DNA of 64,000 nt from Kiritimatiellia bacterium (GTDB taxonomy: Bacteria > Verrucomicrobiota > Kiritimatiellia > UBA8416 > JABMPJ01). Numbering within the stretch: the first letter of the stretch is position 1; each line of letters starts with the position of its first letter. A program made the position numbers and the translations under genes. Under the pieces are notes generated by a model, which saw only the letters and a program-made list of their open reading frames with translations, was not told where the DNA came from and made no database searches. The stretch covers positions 19,690 to 83,689 of the forward strand of contig JADHWE010000002.1 of NCBI GenBank assembly GCA_016783675.1, read 5' to 3'. Positions 31,279 through 40,205 of this stretch are shown piece after piece.

Positions 31279-33528
31279 ATGGCGGAAAAGGAAGATAAAG
31301 GGAAACCGAAGACACGGACCGGATATCAGTTCGGCACGTTCAAAGGGGTCTTTACTCCCAGTATCCTGACCATCCTGGGCGTCGTGATGTACCTCCGGTT
31401 CGGGTGGGTACTGGGCAACGTCGGGTTGCCGGCCACGCTGCTCATCGTGACGATGGCCTGCAGCATCACGTTTCTCACCGCGCTGGCCCTGGCCGCCCTG
31501 GCAACGAACATGAAGGTCGGCGGCGGCGGGTCCTACTACATCATCTCCCGATCACTCGGTGTTGAGGCGGGAACGGCTATCGGGGTTCCGCTCTTTCTGG
31601 CCCAGACGCTGGGTATTGCGTTCTATGTAATCGGCTTCTCCGAGGCCTTCACCAGTGTCTTCCCTATTGCATCAGTCCCCATGGTCGCCACGGTTACGCT
31701 GCTGTCGCTGGGCGTCCTGACCTATTTCTCTGCCGACCTGGCGCTTCGAACCCAATTCCTGGTCCTGGCGCTCGTAGCCGCGTCCCTGGTCTCCTTCTTT
31801 GTCGGCGGCGCCCCGACCGAGGTGATCCCCCCGGAGATTACGTCGATACCAGCGAAACGAGGATTCTGGATTGTGTTTGCGGTTTTCTTTCCCGCTGTTA
31901 CGGGTATCGAATCCGGCATTGCCATGTCCGGGGATCTCAAAAACCCGTCCAAATCATTGCCGCTGGGGACGATTGCCGCGGTCACCTCCGGGTACATCAT
32001 CTACATGACGATCCCCATCTTCCTGACAGCGGTTGTCAAGGACAAGACCATGCTCCTGACGAACACCTTCATCGTCCATAGCGTAGCGCGCTGGGGAAGC
32101 TTGATCGTGGCAGGGGTCTGGGCCGCTGCGCTCTCCAGCGCTGTCGGGACCCTCCTCGGTGCGCCTCGAACACTGCAGGCCCTGGCGCGCGATGGTGTGC
32201 TGCCCCGGTTTATTGGCCGCGGCTTCGGGAAGGGCGGCGATCCGCGTATCGCGACGCTGATCGCCCTGGCCGTGGCCATAACGGCCATCTGGATGGGCGA
32301 TCTGAACCTGATTGCTCCTATTCTGACCATGTTCTTCCTTACCTCGTACGGTCTGCTGAATCTTTCGGCCGGATTGGAAGGGCTCATCGGCAGCCCCTCG
32401 TGGCATCCCACCCTGAAGATCCCCCCCGGCGTATCCCTGTTCGGGGCGGCGGCCTGTGCGGCCGTCATGCTCATGATCAACACCGGGGCCACCTTTGCAG
32501 CCATGGCGGTTTCAGGGCTCATTTTCTTTGTGATGAAGCGACGCAGCCTCACGGTGCAGTGGGGCGACATGCGCTATGGTCTGCTCATGCTTGTCGCGCG
32601 GCAGGCCATCCAGCGGCTGGCGACCATGAAGGCGCACCCGCGATCATGGCGACCGAATATCCTGGTGCTGAGCGGCGCGCCGACAACACGATGGCACCTG
32701 ATCGACTTGGCAAGCGCCATTGGCCATGGCGAGGGCTGTTTGACCGTTGCCACGGTGATTCCGACCGATCTCTGGTCAGCCGAGAAGGAACAGGGCCTCT
32801 CCGAATCCATCCGCAACTACGTGCTCAAACGCAACGTTGGTGCCTTGGCAAAAGTGCTGCCGGCGGACGATGTGATTACGGGCGCGGAGTCCCTGATACG
32901 GGCCTACGGCTTTGGCTCCATTGTACCCAACACCATCTTGCTGGGCGAAACGGGCAAGGACGAGACCTTTGCGCGCTTTGCGCGGCTCATCCAACTCGTG
33001 TACCGGATGCGCAGAAACCTGATCCTGGTACGCGACGGAGAGGCCCAGGAGGAGGAGGAACAACACCGCGAGCGCATCGATATCTGGTGGCGTGGAGAAC
33101 GCGAGAACATCGGCCTGATGCTCGCGCTGGCACTTCTGCTCAAACGCGGTGGGCGGTGGTCGCGTGCAACCATCACCGTTAAGACTGTGGCAACAACGGA
33201 TAGCACCGCAGATAAAGCCCGCCACAGACTGGAAGCGCTGGCTAAGGGCCAGCGCATGGAGGTCATTCCGGAAGTCGTCCGCGCTCCCGCCGATGCCGTC
33301 TTCCCGGCCATACGGGCATCATCGAAGGATGCAGACCTGGTGTTCGTGGGCATGCACGCTCCCGCAGAGGACGTCGACACAGACACGGAGTATGTCGACT
33401 ACTACGAGCAGCTCCTGTCCTCCACCGAAGGCCTACCCACGACGGCCATCGTCCTGGCATCCGAGGGGACAGACTTCCTGCAAGTGCTCCGTGGCGGCGC
33501 CGTGCGCCAAGCACCGAATACCGCCTGA
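31279..33528 (+). CDS. Cation-chloride cotransporter-like APC-superfamily transporter (SLC12-type) with a large cytoplasmic C-terminal domain
   Basis: N-terminal YQFGTFKGVFTPSILTILGVVMYLRFGWVLG matches the SLC12 TM1 signature. 12 TM helices, then a ~300-aa soluble tail. Confidence 0.6.
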   Translation: MAEKEDKGKPKTRTGYQFGTFKGVFTPSILTILGVVMYLRFGWVLGNVGLPATLLIVTMACSITFLTALALAALATNMKVGGGGSYYIISRSLGVEAGTAIGVPLFLAQTLGIAFYVIGFSEAFTSVFPIASVPMVATVTLLSLGVLTYFSADLALRTQFLVLALVAASLVSFFVGGAPTEVIPPEITSIPAKRGFWIVFAVFFPAVTGIESGIAMSGDLKNPSKSLPLGTIAAVTSGYIIYMTIPIFLTAVVKDKTMLLTNTFIVHSVARWGSLIVAGVWAAALSSAVGTLLGAPRTLQALARDGVLPRFIGRGFGKGGDPRIATLIALAVAITAIWMGDLNLIAPILTMFFLTSYGLLNLSAGLEGLIGSPSWHPTLKIPPGVSLFGAAACAAVMLMINTGATFAAMAVSGLIFFVMKRRSLTVQWGDMRYGLLMLVARQAIQRLATMKAHPRSWRPNILVLSGAPTTRWHLIDLASAIGHGEGCLTVATVIPTDLWSAEKEQGLSESIRNYVLKRNVGALAKVLPADDVITGAESLIRAYGFGSIVPNTILLGETGKDETFARFARLIQLVYRMRRNLILVRDGEAQEEEEQHRERIDIWWRGERENIGLMLALALLLKRGGRWSRATITVKTVATTDSTADKARHRLEALAKGQRMEVIPEVVRAPADAVFPAIRASSKDADLVFVGMHAPAEDVDTDTEYVDYYEQLLSSTEGLPTTAIVLASEGTDFLQVLRGGAVRQAPNTA

Positions 33529-33597
33529 AAGCCGGAAATTTCCCCTCGCCCTTCCAATCACCCCTGTGCCAGACTGCGCCGATAGAGGAGATACGTT

Positions 33598-34662
33598 ATG
33601 GACAGCCTTCTAAAGAAACACTCCGGAGTGGCCGGGCTACCGCCGGGTACCGTCGTCTATCTCGGCAACCAGCGGGTCGAGCAGGTGCAGATCAGCGTTA
33701 TCGACTACAATGCCGAAGAGCTGAACGAAGAGGTCCTCCCTTCTGCCGACGCGTGCCAAGCCTATGCGGGCAAGTCGACCGTCACCTGGATCAATGTTGT
33801 CGGGCTCCACGACACCGACCTGCTCCAGGAGATCGGCGATATGTTCGATCTGCATCCCCTCGTTGTCGAAGACATTGCCAACACCGGTCAGCGGCCAAAG
33901 CTGGAGGACCACGGGGACTACATCTTCATGGCCCTGAAGATGCTCTACCGCCCTGAGGACGACGATGGCGTTGTGGCCGAGCAGGTCAGCCTCGTCCTTG
34001 GCCCCAACTACGTGATCACGTTCCAAGAGGTCGAGGACGACGTCTTCGACCGGGTTCGCGAACGTATCCGCTCCTCCGCGGGCCGCATCCGCAACATGGG
34101 CTGCGACTACCTCGCCTATTCTCTGATCGACTCCATCGTCGACAACTATTTCGCCGTTCTGGAAGCGCTAGGCGACCGGATCGAAGCCTTGCACGATGCC
34201 GTGACGGCCAAGGCCCGCCCCGAGACACTGACCGAGATTCATCAACTTAAGCGCGAGATGGTCTACCTGCGCAAGTGCCTGTGGCCGCTGCGCGAGCTGG
34301 TCGGCAACCTGCAGTCGGCCGAGAGCAAGCTGATCGACGCCAAACTCGCGCCTTATCTGCGCGATGTGTACGGCCACACGATCCAGATCATCGACAACCT
34401 GGACTCGTTGCGCGACATGCTCTCCGGTACGCTCGACATCTACATGACCATCGTCAGCAACCGGATGAACCAGGTGATGCGCGTGCTGACTGTCATCGCG
34501 ACCATATTCATGCCACTTACATTCATCGCCGGGATCTACGGAATGAACTTTGAGGCAATGCCGGAGCTGAAGTGGCGCTTCGGCTATGCCATGGTGTGGG
34601 GCATAATGATTGCCTCGGCCCTCGGGATGATCGTCTTCTTCAAGCGCAAACGGTGGTTCTGA
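33598..34662 (+). CDS. corA: Magnesium/cobalt transporter CorA
   Basis: GMN motif (YGMNFEAMPE) and two C-terminal TM helices. Confidence 0.85.
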   Translation: MDSLLKKHSGVAGLPPGTVVYLGNQRVEQVQISVIDYNAEELNEEVLPSADACQAYAGKSTVTWINVVGLHDTDLLQEIGDMFDLHPLVVEDIANTGQRPKLEDHGDYIFMALKMLYRPEDDDGVVAEQVSLVLGPNYVITFQEVEDDVFDRVRERIRSSAGRIRNMGCDYLAYSLIDSIVDNYFAVLEALGDRIEALHDAVTAKARPETLTEIHQLKREMVYLRKCLWPLRELVGNLQSAESKLIDAKLAPYLRDVYGHTIQIIDNLDSLRDMLSGTLDIYMTIVSNRMNQVMRVLTVIATIFMPLTFIAGIYGMNFEAMPELKWRFGYAMVWGIMIASALGMIVFFKRKRWF

Positions 34663-34668
34663 TCGCCT

Positions 34669-34992
34669 ATGAGTCTCGAGAAGGAAAAGGAGACCCTCCG
34701 CTCCATGATCCACCTGTTCTGCAGGGGGCAGGAACACAAGAACCCGCTCTGCGACAACTGCTCCGAGCTGCTGACCTATGCGCTTGAGCGACTGGAACGC
34801 TGTCCGTACGGCGAGGACAAGCCAACCTGCAAGCAGTGTCCCGTCCACTGCTACAGACCCGACATGCGCGATCGCGTCACGCAGGTCATGCGCTACGCCG
34901 GCCCCCGCATGCTCCTGCACCATCCCGTGCAAGGCATACGTCACCTGATGCATGAGAAACGTTCCCGGCCGAACGATCAGAAGACAGCGTAA
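34669..34992 (+). CDS. Nitrous-oxide-stimulated promoter (YgbA) family Cys-rich protein
   Basis: 107 aa. The CDNCSE...CPYGEDKPTCKQCPVHCY motif is typical of the YgbA family. Confidence 0.5.
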   Translation: MSLEKEKETLRSMIHLFCRGQEHKNPLCDNCSELLTYALERLERCPYGEDKPTCKQCPVHCYRPDMRDRVTQVMRYAGPRMLLHHPVQGIRHLMHEKRSRPNDQKTA

Positions 34993-35046
34993 AAAGGGAT
35001 TGATTCCGGCACCCGACCGCGATACATTGCCAGCCGTTTCTGCCAT

Positions 35047-35122
35047 GGCGAGATAGCTCAGTTGGTAGAGCAGTGGACTGAAAATCCACGTGTCCCCAGT
35101 TCAATTCTGGGTCTCGCCACCA
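35047..35122 (+). tRNA. tRNA-Phe (anticodon GAA)
   Basis: GGCGAGATAGCTCAGTTGGTAGAGC...CTGAAAA...GGTTC-like T-arm...TCTCGCCACCA. 7-bp acceptor stem and encoded CCA. Confidence 0.85.
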
Positions 35123-35183
35123 TCCTTCGCTCGCAGCAAAGCAAGAGCGAAGGATGCCCTCCGAAGCCTTGGCGAAGGAGGGC
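35122..35183 (+). terminator. Two consecutive stem-loops immediately after tRNA-Phe (processing/termination structure)
   Basis: atccttcgctc-loop-gagcgaaggat (11-bp stem), then gccctcc-loop-ggagggc. Confidence 0.35.
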
Positions 35184-35232
35184 ACACAATCCTGCAAGAA
35201 GGCGAGCTACGGATGGCAAGCCAACCCGCTCC

Positions 35233-35310
35233 GGATCAGGGGTACCCTCTGGGCTGGAGCATAGCTTCGCTTCGCTTGATCTGCTAGGCCTCAGAGGATA
35301 CCCCTGATCC
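35233..35310. repeat. Long inverted repeat (19-bp arms) between tRNA-Phe and convergent argG
   Basis: ggatcaggggtaccctctg ... cagaggatacccctgatcc. May serve as the argG terminator or a small structured RNA. Confidence 0.4.
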
Positions 35311-35330
35311 TCCGCTCCCGGCGCTGTACG

Positions 35331-36563
35331 CTACTTCCGAACCTGGTTGGCATGTGCCAGGGCGCGGGCTTCTACGCTTTGGATCTCGGCGAAGCCTTGG
35401 GAGCTGACCGGGTTGAGGCCGTCGCTGGCTTCCATGGAGGCGTCCGCCTCGTTGTAGAGAGATGCGGGACAAGCCGTCAGGCTGTTGAACAGGATGTTGC
35501 CCTTGTAGAGCGCCACGTTGACCGTACCCGTTGCCGCGCTCGCGAGCACGTCAATCGCCGCCAGTGCGGCGCTGGTCGAGGGATCGTAGTACCGGCCGTC
35601 GTAGACTTGGTCGGCGACGAGCTTTGAGAGTGTCTGGAACAGACCCAGGGAGCGCCGCTCCATTGTGGCCTGGTACACCATCGCCAGCGTGCTGCCCAGC
35701 AGCTCCATGCCCGGGGCCTCGTAGACGCCCCGGCTCTTGGTGCCGATGATCCGATTCTCAAGCGCGTTCTTGAAGCCCACGCCGTTGCGCCCGGCAATCT
35801 TGTTGGCTTCCCGCACCAGCTCGAGGGGCTCCATGCTGATTCCGTTCAGAGCAACCGCCCTGCCCTTCTCAAACCGTACCTCGACATTCTCAGCCTCATC
35901 CGGCGCCTGGTCGGGCCACACGCCCATGGTCGGCTCAACAATCGTGGCCGGCGTTTCGAGACTCTCCAGATCCTCGGCCTCATGCGAGAGACCTGCCAGG
36001 TTCGCGTCAGTAGAATACCGCTTCTCGCCGCCGGGGAAGGCTTCGATACCCTTGCCCTTCAGATAGTCGACCATCTCAAGCCGACCGGGGAATTCCTCGA
36101 GCAAACCGGCATCCCGCCAGGGGGCGTAGACTTGCATCTCGGGCGCCAACACATTGGTGTAGCGCTCGAACCGCATCTGGTCGTTGCCCCGTCCGGTCGC
36201 ACCATGCGCCAGCACGCTGCAACCGGCTTGCTGCATTTCCTCGACCAGGCCTTTGACTGTAACCGCCCGGGCGATGCCGGTGGAGTTCCAGTAGCCGCCA
36301 TCGTACATGGCCTGGGCCTTGATCATCGTGAAGCAGGCTTCCGCCATCTGCTCCTTGAGATCGACGATGACCGTCTCGACACCACACGGCGCCATCTTGG
36401 TCGCGACATCGGCGATATCGTCTTCGTCCGGCTGAGCCAGGTCGGCCGTGAAACACAAAACATCGACGCCACAGTCCTTGAACTTGCGCGCGACGGTGCG
36501 GCTGTCCAGCCCGCCCGATACACACAACCCCACCTTCTGTCCCTTCAGGTCTTCCAGTTTCAT
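35331..36563 (-). CDS. argG: Argininosuccinate synthase
   Basis: MKLEDLKGQKVGLCVSGGLDS PP-loop. The ORF-track K/R-rich 54-aa extension is the alternate frame of the argD acidic tail and is rejected. Confidence 0.85.
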   Translation of the reverse strand: MKLEDLKGQKVGLCVSGGLDSRTVARKFKDCGVDVLCFTADLAQPDEDDIADVATKMAPCGVETVIVDLKEQMAEACFTMIKAQAMYDGGYWNSTGIARAVTVKGLVEEMQQAGCSVLAHGATGRGNDQMRFERYTNVLAPEMQVYAPWRDAGLLEEFPGRLEMVDYLKGKGIEAFPGGEKRYSTDANLAGLSHEAEDLESLETPATIVEPTMGVWPDQAPDEAENVEVRFEKGRAVALNGISMEPLELVREANKIAGRNGVGFKNALENRIIGTKSRGVYEAPGMELLGSTLAMVYQATMERRSLGLFQTLSKLVADQVYDGRYYDPSTSAALAAIDVLASAATGTVNVALYKGNILFNSLTACPASLYNEADASMEASDGLNPVSSQGFAEIQSVEARALAHANQVRK

Positions 36564-36588
36564 GTTCTTACCCAGATGCTTAGTGCGG

Positions 36589-37950
36589 CTACTCGGCTTT
36601 TTCTTCCTCTTCAACTTCTTCGGCAGCCTCTTCTGCGGCTTCTTCTTCCGCAGGGGCTTCTTCCTCGGCTTCGGCTTCCTCTTCAGCCGGCGCCTCTTCC
36701 TCGGCGGGTGCTTCTTCCACCGCACCGGCGGCTTCGGCGATGGCTTCGGCGGCGGCGTTCAGGTCATCGTGCCAGATCTCGAGCGCCTCGTCGATCATCT
36801 CGACGGCTTCCTCAAGCTCGGCTTCCTTGACGTTGAGCGGCGGCAGGAACCGGATTACGTCGCCGGCGGTGGCCAGCGCGAGCAGACCCATGTCCTGGAG
36901 AATTTCCGTCACAGGTGCGGCTTCCTGGTCAAGCACCAGGCCAAGCATCAGGCCTCGGCCCCGGACTGCGCTGACATGCTCATACCGGCCGACCAGCTGC
37001 TGGAGGGCGGCCTGGAACTTGGCGCCCGAGTTGGTGGACTTCGAGACGAGATCCTCTTCCTCGATCACATCCAGCGTTGCCAACGCGGCCGCACAGGCCA
37101 GTGGGGTACCGCCGAAGGTGGAGGCATGCTTGCCCGGGCTGAAGATATCGGCCAGCTTCGGTCCTGCCACAACGGCGCCGATCGGGTAGCCGCTGCCCAG
37201 CGACTTGGCCAGTGAGAACGCATCGGGCGTTACGCCGTAGGCCTGGTAGCCAAACCAGCTACCTGTCCGGCCCAGGCCGCACTGCACTTCGTCGCACAGC
37301 ATCAGGAGCCCGTGCTCATCGCAGAGCTCCCGGATCCCCTTGAAGAATGCCTCATCAGCCGGTACCACACCGCCTTCGCCCTGTACGGCTTCAACGATGA
37401 TGGCCGCGGTGTTGTCGGTGATCATGGCCCGCACGCAATCCAGGTCGTTGAAGTCCGCCGGGAAGAATCCCTCGGGCATCGGGTCAAAGCCCTCCTGGAT
37501 CTTCTCCTGGCCTGTCATCGCTGCCGTGGCCAACGTGCGACCGTGGAACGAACCGGTCATCGAGATGATTTCGTACTTCTCGTTCTCGTGTCCCCATAAC
37601 CGCGCCAGCTTGATCAGACCTTCGTTGGCCTCGGCGCCGGAGTTGCAGAAGAACACCTTACCGTCCAGCGAGAGCCGTGACAGCCGCCAGGCCAGCCGGG
37701 CCTGGTTCTCGGTGTAGTAGAGGTTGGAGACGTGCATCAGCTCCTCGGCCTGGCGCTTGATGGCGTCCACGACCCGCGGATGGCAGTGCCCCACGTTGTT
37801 GACGGAAATACCGGCGATGAAGTCCAGGTACACCTTTCCGTCCGCGTCCCACACCTTGGTGCCGCGCCCCTTCTCCAATACCAGTGTTGGGCTGTACGTC
37901 GGCATCACGTACTCGTTAAACAGTGTCTTGATCTCGTCGGTCTTGCTCAT
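36589..37950 (-). CDS. argD: Acetylornithine aminotransferase with an unusual acidic Ala/Glu-rich C-terminal tail
   Basis: Class III PLP aminotransferase motifs. The last ~60 aa read EAPAEEEAPAEEEAEAEEEAPAEEEAAEEAAEEVEEEEKAE. Confidence 0.85.
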   Translation of the reverse strand: MSKTDEIKTLFNEYVMPTYSPTLVLEKGRGTKVWDADGKVYLDFIAGISVNNVGHCHPRVVDAIKRQAEELMHVSNLYYTENQARLAWRLSRLSLDGKVFFCNSGAEANEGLIKLARLWGHENEKYEIISMTGSFHGRTLATAAMTGQEKIQEGFDPMPEGFFPADFNDLDCVRAMITDNTAAIIVEAVQGEGGVVPADEAFFKGIRELCDEHGLLMLCDEVQCGLGRTGSWFGYQAYGVTPDAFSLAKSLGSGYPIGAVVAGPKLADIFSPGKHASTFGGTPLACAAALATLDVIEEEDLVSKSTNSGAKFQAALQQLVGRYEHVSAVRGRGLMLGLVLDQEAAPVTEILQDMGLLALATAGDVIRFLPPLNVKEAELEEAVEMIDEALEIWHDDLNAAAEAIAEAAGAVEEAPAEEEAPAEEEAEAEEEAPAEEEAAEEAAEEVEEEEKAE

Positions 37951-37977
37951 AGCATTCCCCTCTGTCCTTCCCTCGTC

Positions 37978-38859
37978 CTATTCGGTCGATACGATCTCGG
38001 TTCCAATACCTTGTTGTGTAAAGATTTCAAGCAATAACGAGTGTTTCACTCGTCCATCCACCATGTGCACCTTGCGCACGCCCGCATGCAGGGCCTCCAC
38101 GCCACTGCTGCATTTCGGCAACATCCCTCCGCCAATGACGCCTTCCTCGATCAGTCGCTCGAGCTCCGAAGCGGGGAGCGTCTCGATCAATGAGTCCGCA
38201 TCGTTCGGATCGCGCAACAGCCCGGGCACGTCGGACAGGAAGACGAGCTTGCGTACCGACAGCGCCTTCGCGATGGCCGCTGCCGCGACGTCCGCGTTGA
38301 CGTTGTGCACCTTGCCGTCCGCGCCCTTGCCCAACGGCGTGATGACCGGAATAACGCCCCGCTCCACGATGGCGCGGATAGGTCCTTCCTCCACCTCACC
38401 GGGCTCGCCTACAAAACCCCAGTCCACTACCTCGCCGGTGTCAGGATCGGTTTCCTGCTTCCTGGTCACATGCAGGACGTCGTCGCCATGCAGGGCTTCG
38501 GCACGCCCACCCAGTGCATTGATCGTGTCCACGATCCGCGGGTTGACTTCGCCCTTGATAACCTTCTCCACAATCTCAATGGTTTTCTCGCAGGTCACCC
38601 GCAGCCCCTTGATAAACTGGGCCTGGATGCCGTGCGCCGCCATCCCGCGCGAAATCGCCTTGCCGCCGCCATGCACAATGATGGGCCGCATGCCGACGCA
38701 CTCCATGAAGACGATGTCCTGCAACACGCCCTCGATCGTGGCCGCATCCTCCATCGCGCTGCCGCCGAATTTCACCACTACCCAGGCATCCCTGAACGCC
38801 TGTATATACGGCAGGGCCTCGATCAGCACGCGTGCTTTCTGTGTGGCTTCCTCAACCAT
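37978..38859 (-). CDS. argB: Acetylglutamate kinase
   Basis: VVVKFGGSAMED kinase start. AAK family, 293 aa. Confidence 0.85.
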   Translation of the reverse strand: MVEEATQKARVLIEALPYIQAFRDAWVVVKFGGSAMEDAATIEGVLQDIVFMECVGMRPIIVHGGGKAISRGMAAHGIQAQFIKGLRVTCEKTIEIVEKVIKGEVNPRIVDTINALGGRAEALHGDDVLHVTRKQETDPDTGEVVDWGFVGEPGEVEEGPIRAIVERGVIPVITPLGKGADGKVHNVNADVAAAAIAKALSVRKLVFLSDVPGLLRDPNDADSLIETLPASELERLIEEGVIGGGMLPKCSSGVEALHAGVRKVHMVDGRVKHSLLLEIFTQQGIGTEIVSTE

Positions 38860-38860
38860 T

Positions 38861-40075
38861 TTACGTCGTATACTCCGAGTTGATCCTTACGTACTCGTAG
38901 CTGCAATCGCAGGTATAGACCGTGTCGCTGCCGCTCCCGACATGCAGGTCCACCAGGACCGTGAACTCGTCCTGCTTGAGCACGGCTTCGAGCGACGTGA
39001 GGTCCGTCTGACCGGCCACGAGGCCGTTACTGACTGCAACGCAGTCGTCCAGCTTGATTTCAATCGTATCGGGATCGACCTGCACGCCGGCATAGCCCAC
39101 CGCGTCGTAGATCCGACCCCAGTTGGGATCACACCCGAACCACGAGGTCTTCACGAGCAGCGAATTGGCGATCGCCCGCGCCGCCTGCCGCGCCTCGCCG
39201 TCACTCGCGGCGCCCTGCACAGTCACGGTCACGAACTTCGTCGCGCCTTCGCCGTCCGTCACAATCATTCGGGCCAGCCGGCCACACACCTCGCGCACGG
39301 CCTTCACGAACAGGGCCCAGTCCGGGTGGTTCGTCTGCAGCGGCGTGTTCCCTGCCGCACCATTGGCAAGGAAGAGCACGGTATCGTTTGTGCTCTCGTC
39401 ACCGTCTACGGTAATCCGGTTAAAGCTATCCTGGACGGCTTCGCGCAGCATGTCCTGCAGGGCGGCGGTTTCGACGGCGGCGTCCGTAGCCAGGTAGGCC
39501 AGCATGGTGGCCATGTTGGGATCGATCATGCCGGAGCCCTTGGCCATACCGCCAATCCGTACCGGTTTGCCATCAATGGTAAGTTCCAGAGCGATCTCCT
39601 TGGGCACGAGATCGGTGGTCATAATCGCCCGGGCAGCGGCCGCACCGCCATCTTCGGAGAGCGCACCGGCCGCGGCCTTGATTCCGGCTTCCAGCTTCGC
39701 CATCGGCATGGGGACGCCGATGGTCCCGGTCGAACAGACGCAAACGGCCTCGGCGGAAAGGCCTACGGCCTCGGCCGTCAGAATGGCCATCCGGTCGGCA
39801 TCCTGCCGTCCCTGGGCGCCGGTGGCGGCATTGGCGTTGCCGCTGTTGACGATGACGGCCCGCCCCACGCCAAGAGCGACCCGCTCCCGGCACAGCGCGA
39901 CCGGGGCCGCCGCGAGCCGGTTGGACGTAAACGTACCAGCCAGCGCCGCGTCCCGATCCGACAGCAGCAATGCCACGTCCGGCTTCTCGCTCCGGATGCC
40001 GCAATTCACGGCCCCGGCCGTAAAACCGGCCGGCGCAGTGATGCCGCCATCAGTCTCTGTCCACGCAGTTCCCAT
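38861..40075 (-). CDS. argJ: Bifunctional ornithine acetyltransferase / N-acetylglutamate synthase ArgJ
   Basis: GITAPAGF...ATMLAYLATDA self-cleavage region. The start is taken at MGTAWTETDGG with an AAGGAAAAGG RBS; the longer ORF-track N-terminus is rejected. Confidence 0.85.
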   Translation of the reverse strand: MGTAWTETDGGITAPAGFTAGAVNCGIRSEKPDVALLLSDRDAALAGTFTSNRLAAAPVALCRERVALGVGRAVIVNSGNANAATGAQGRQDADRMAILTAEAVGLSAEAVCVCSTGTIGVPMPMAKLEAGIKAAAGALSEDGGAAAARAIMTTDLVPKEIALELTIDGKPVRIGGMAKGSGMIDPNMATMLAYLATDAAVETAALQDMLREAVQDSFNRITVDGDESTNDTVLFLANGAAGNTPLQTNHPDWALFVKAVREVCGRLARMIVTDGEGATKFVTVTVQGAASDGEARQAARAIANSLLVKTSWFGCDPNWGRIYDAVGYAGVQVDPDTIEIKLDDCVAVSNGLVAGQTDLTSLEAVLKQDEFTVLVDLHVGSGSDTVYTCDCSYEYVRINSEYTT

Positions 40076-40151
40076 AAACCAACTCTCGGCCTTTTCCTTT
40101 GAGAAAAAGACAAAACTGAGACTATCCCCTATCAGACGGGGAAAGGCTAGC

Positions 40152-40182
40152 AAAAATGAAGGGGCGCAACGCGCCATGACGG
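40152..40182 (-). terminator. Candidate terminator after the DEAD-box helicase gene
   Basis: On the minus strand, ggcgc-gtt-gcgcc is followed by ccttcattttt. Confidence 0.35.
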
Positions 40183-40205
40183 GTGTGCCGGCGAGGCTGC
40201 CGGAC

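Noticed and set aside
35047-35330. A genomic island integrated at tRNA-Phe
   Set aside because: No integrase, direct repeat of the tRNA 3' end, or compositional shift is seen. The downstream genes are core arginine biosynthesis genes.
36563-36725. Lys/Arg-rich 54-aa N-terminal extension of ArgG in the ORF track
   Set aside because: It is the alternate reading frame of the argD GAG/GCC-rich acidic tail. A canonical ArgG start (MKLEDLKGQKVGLCVSGG) occurs at 36563.
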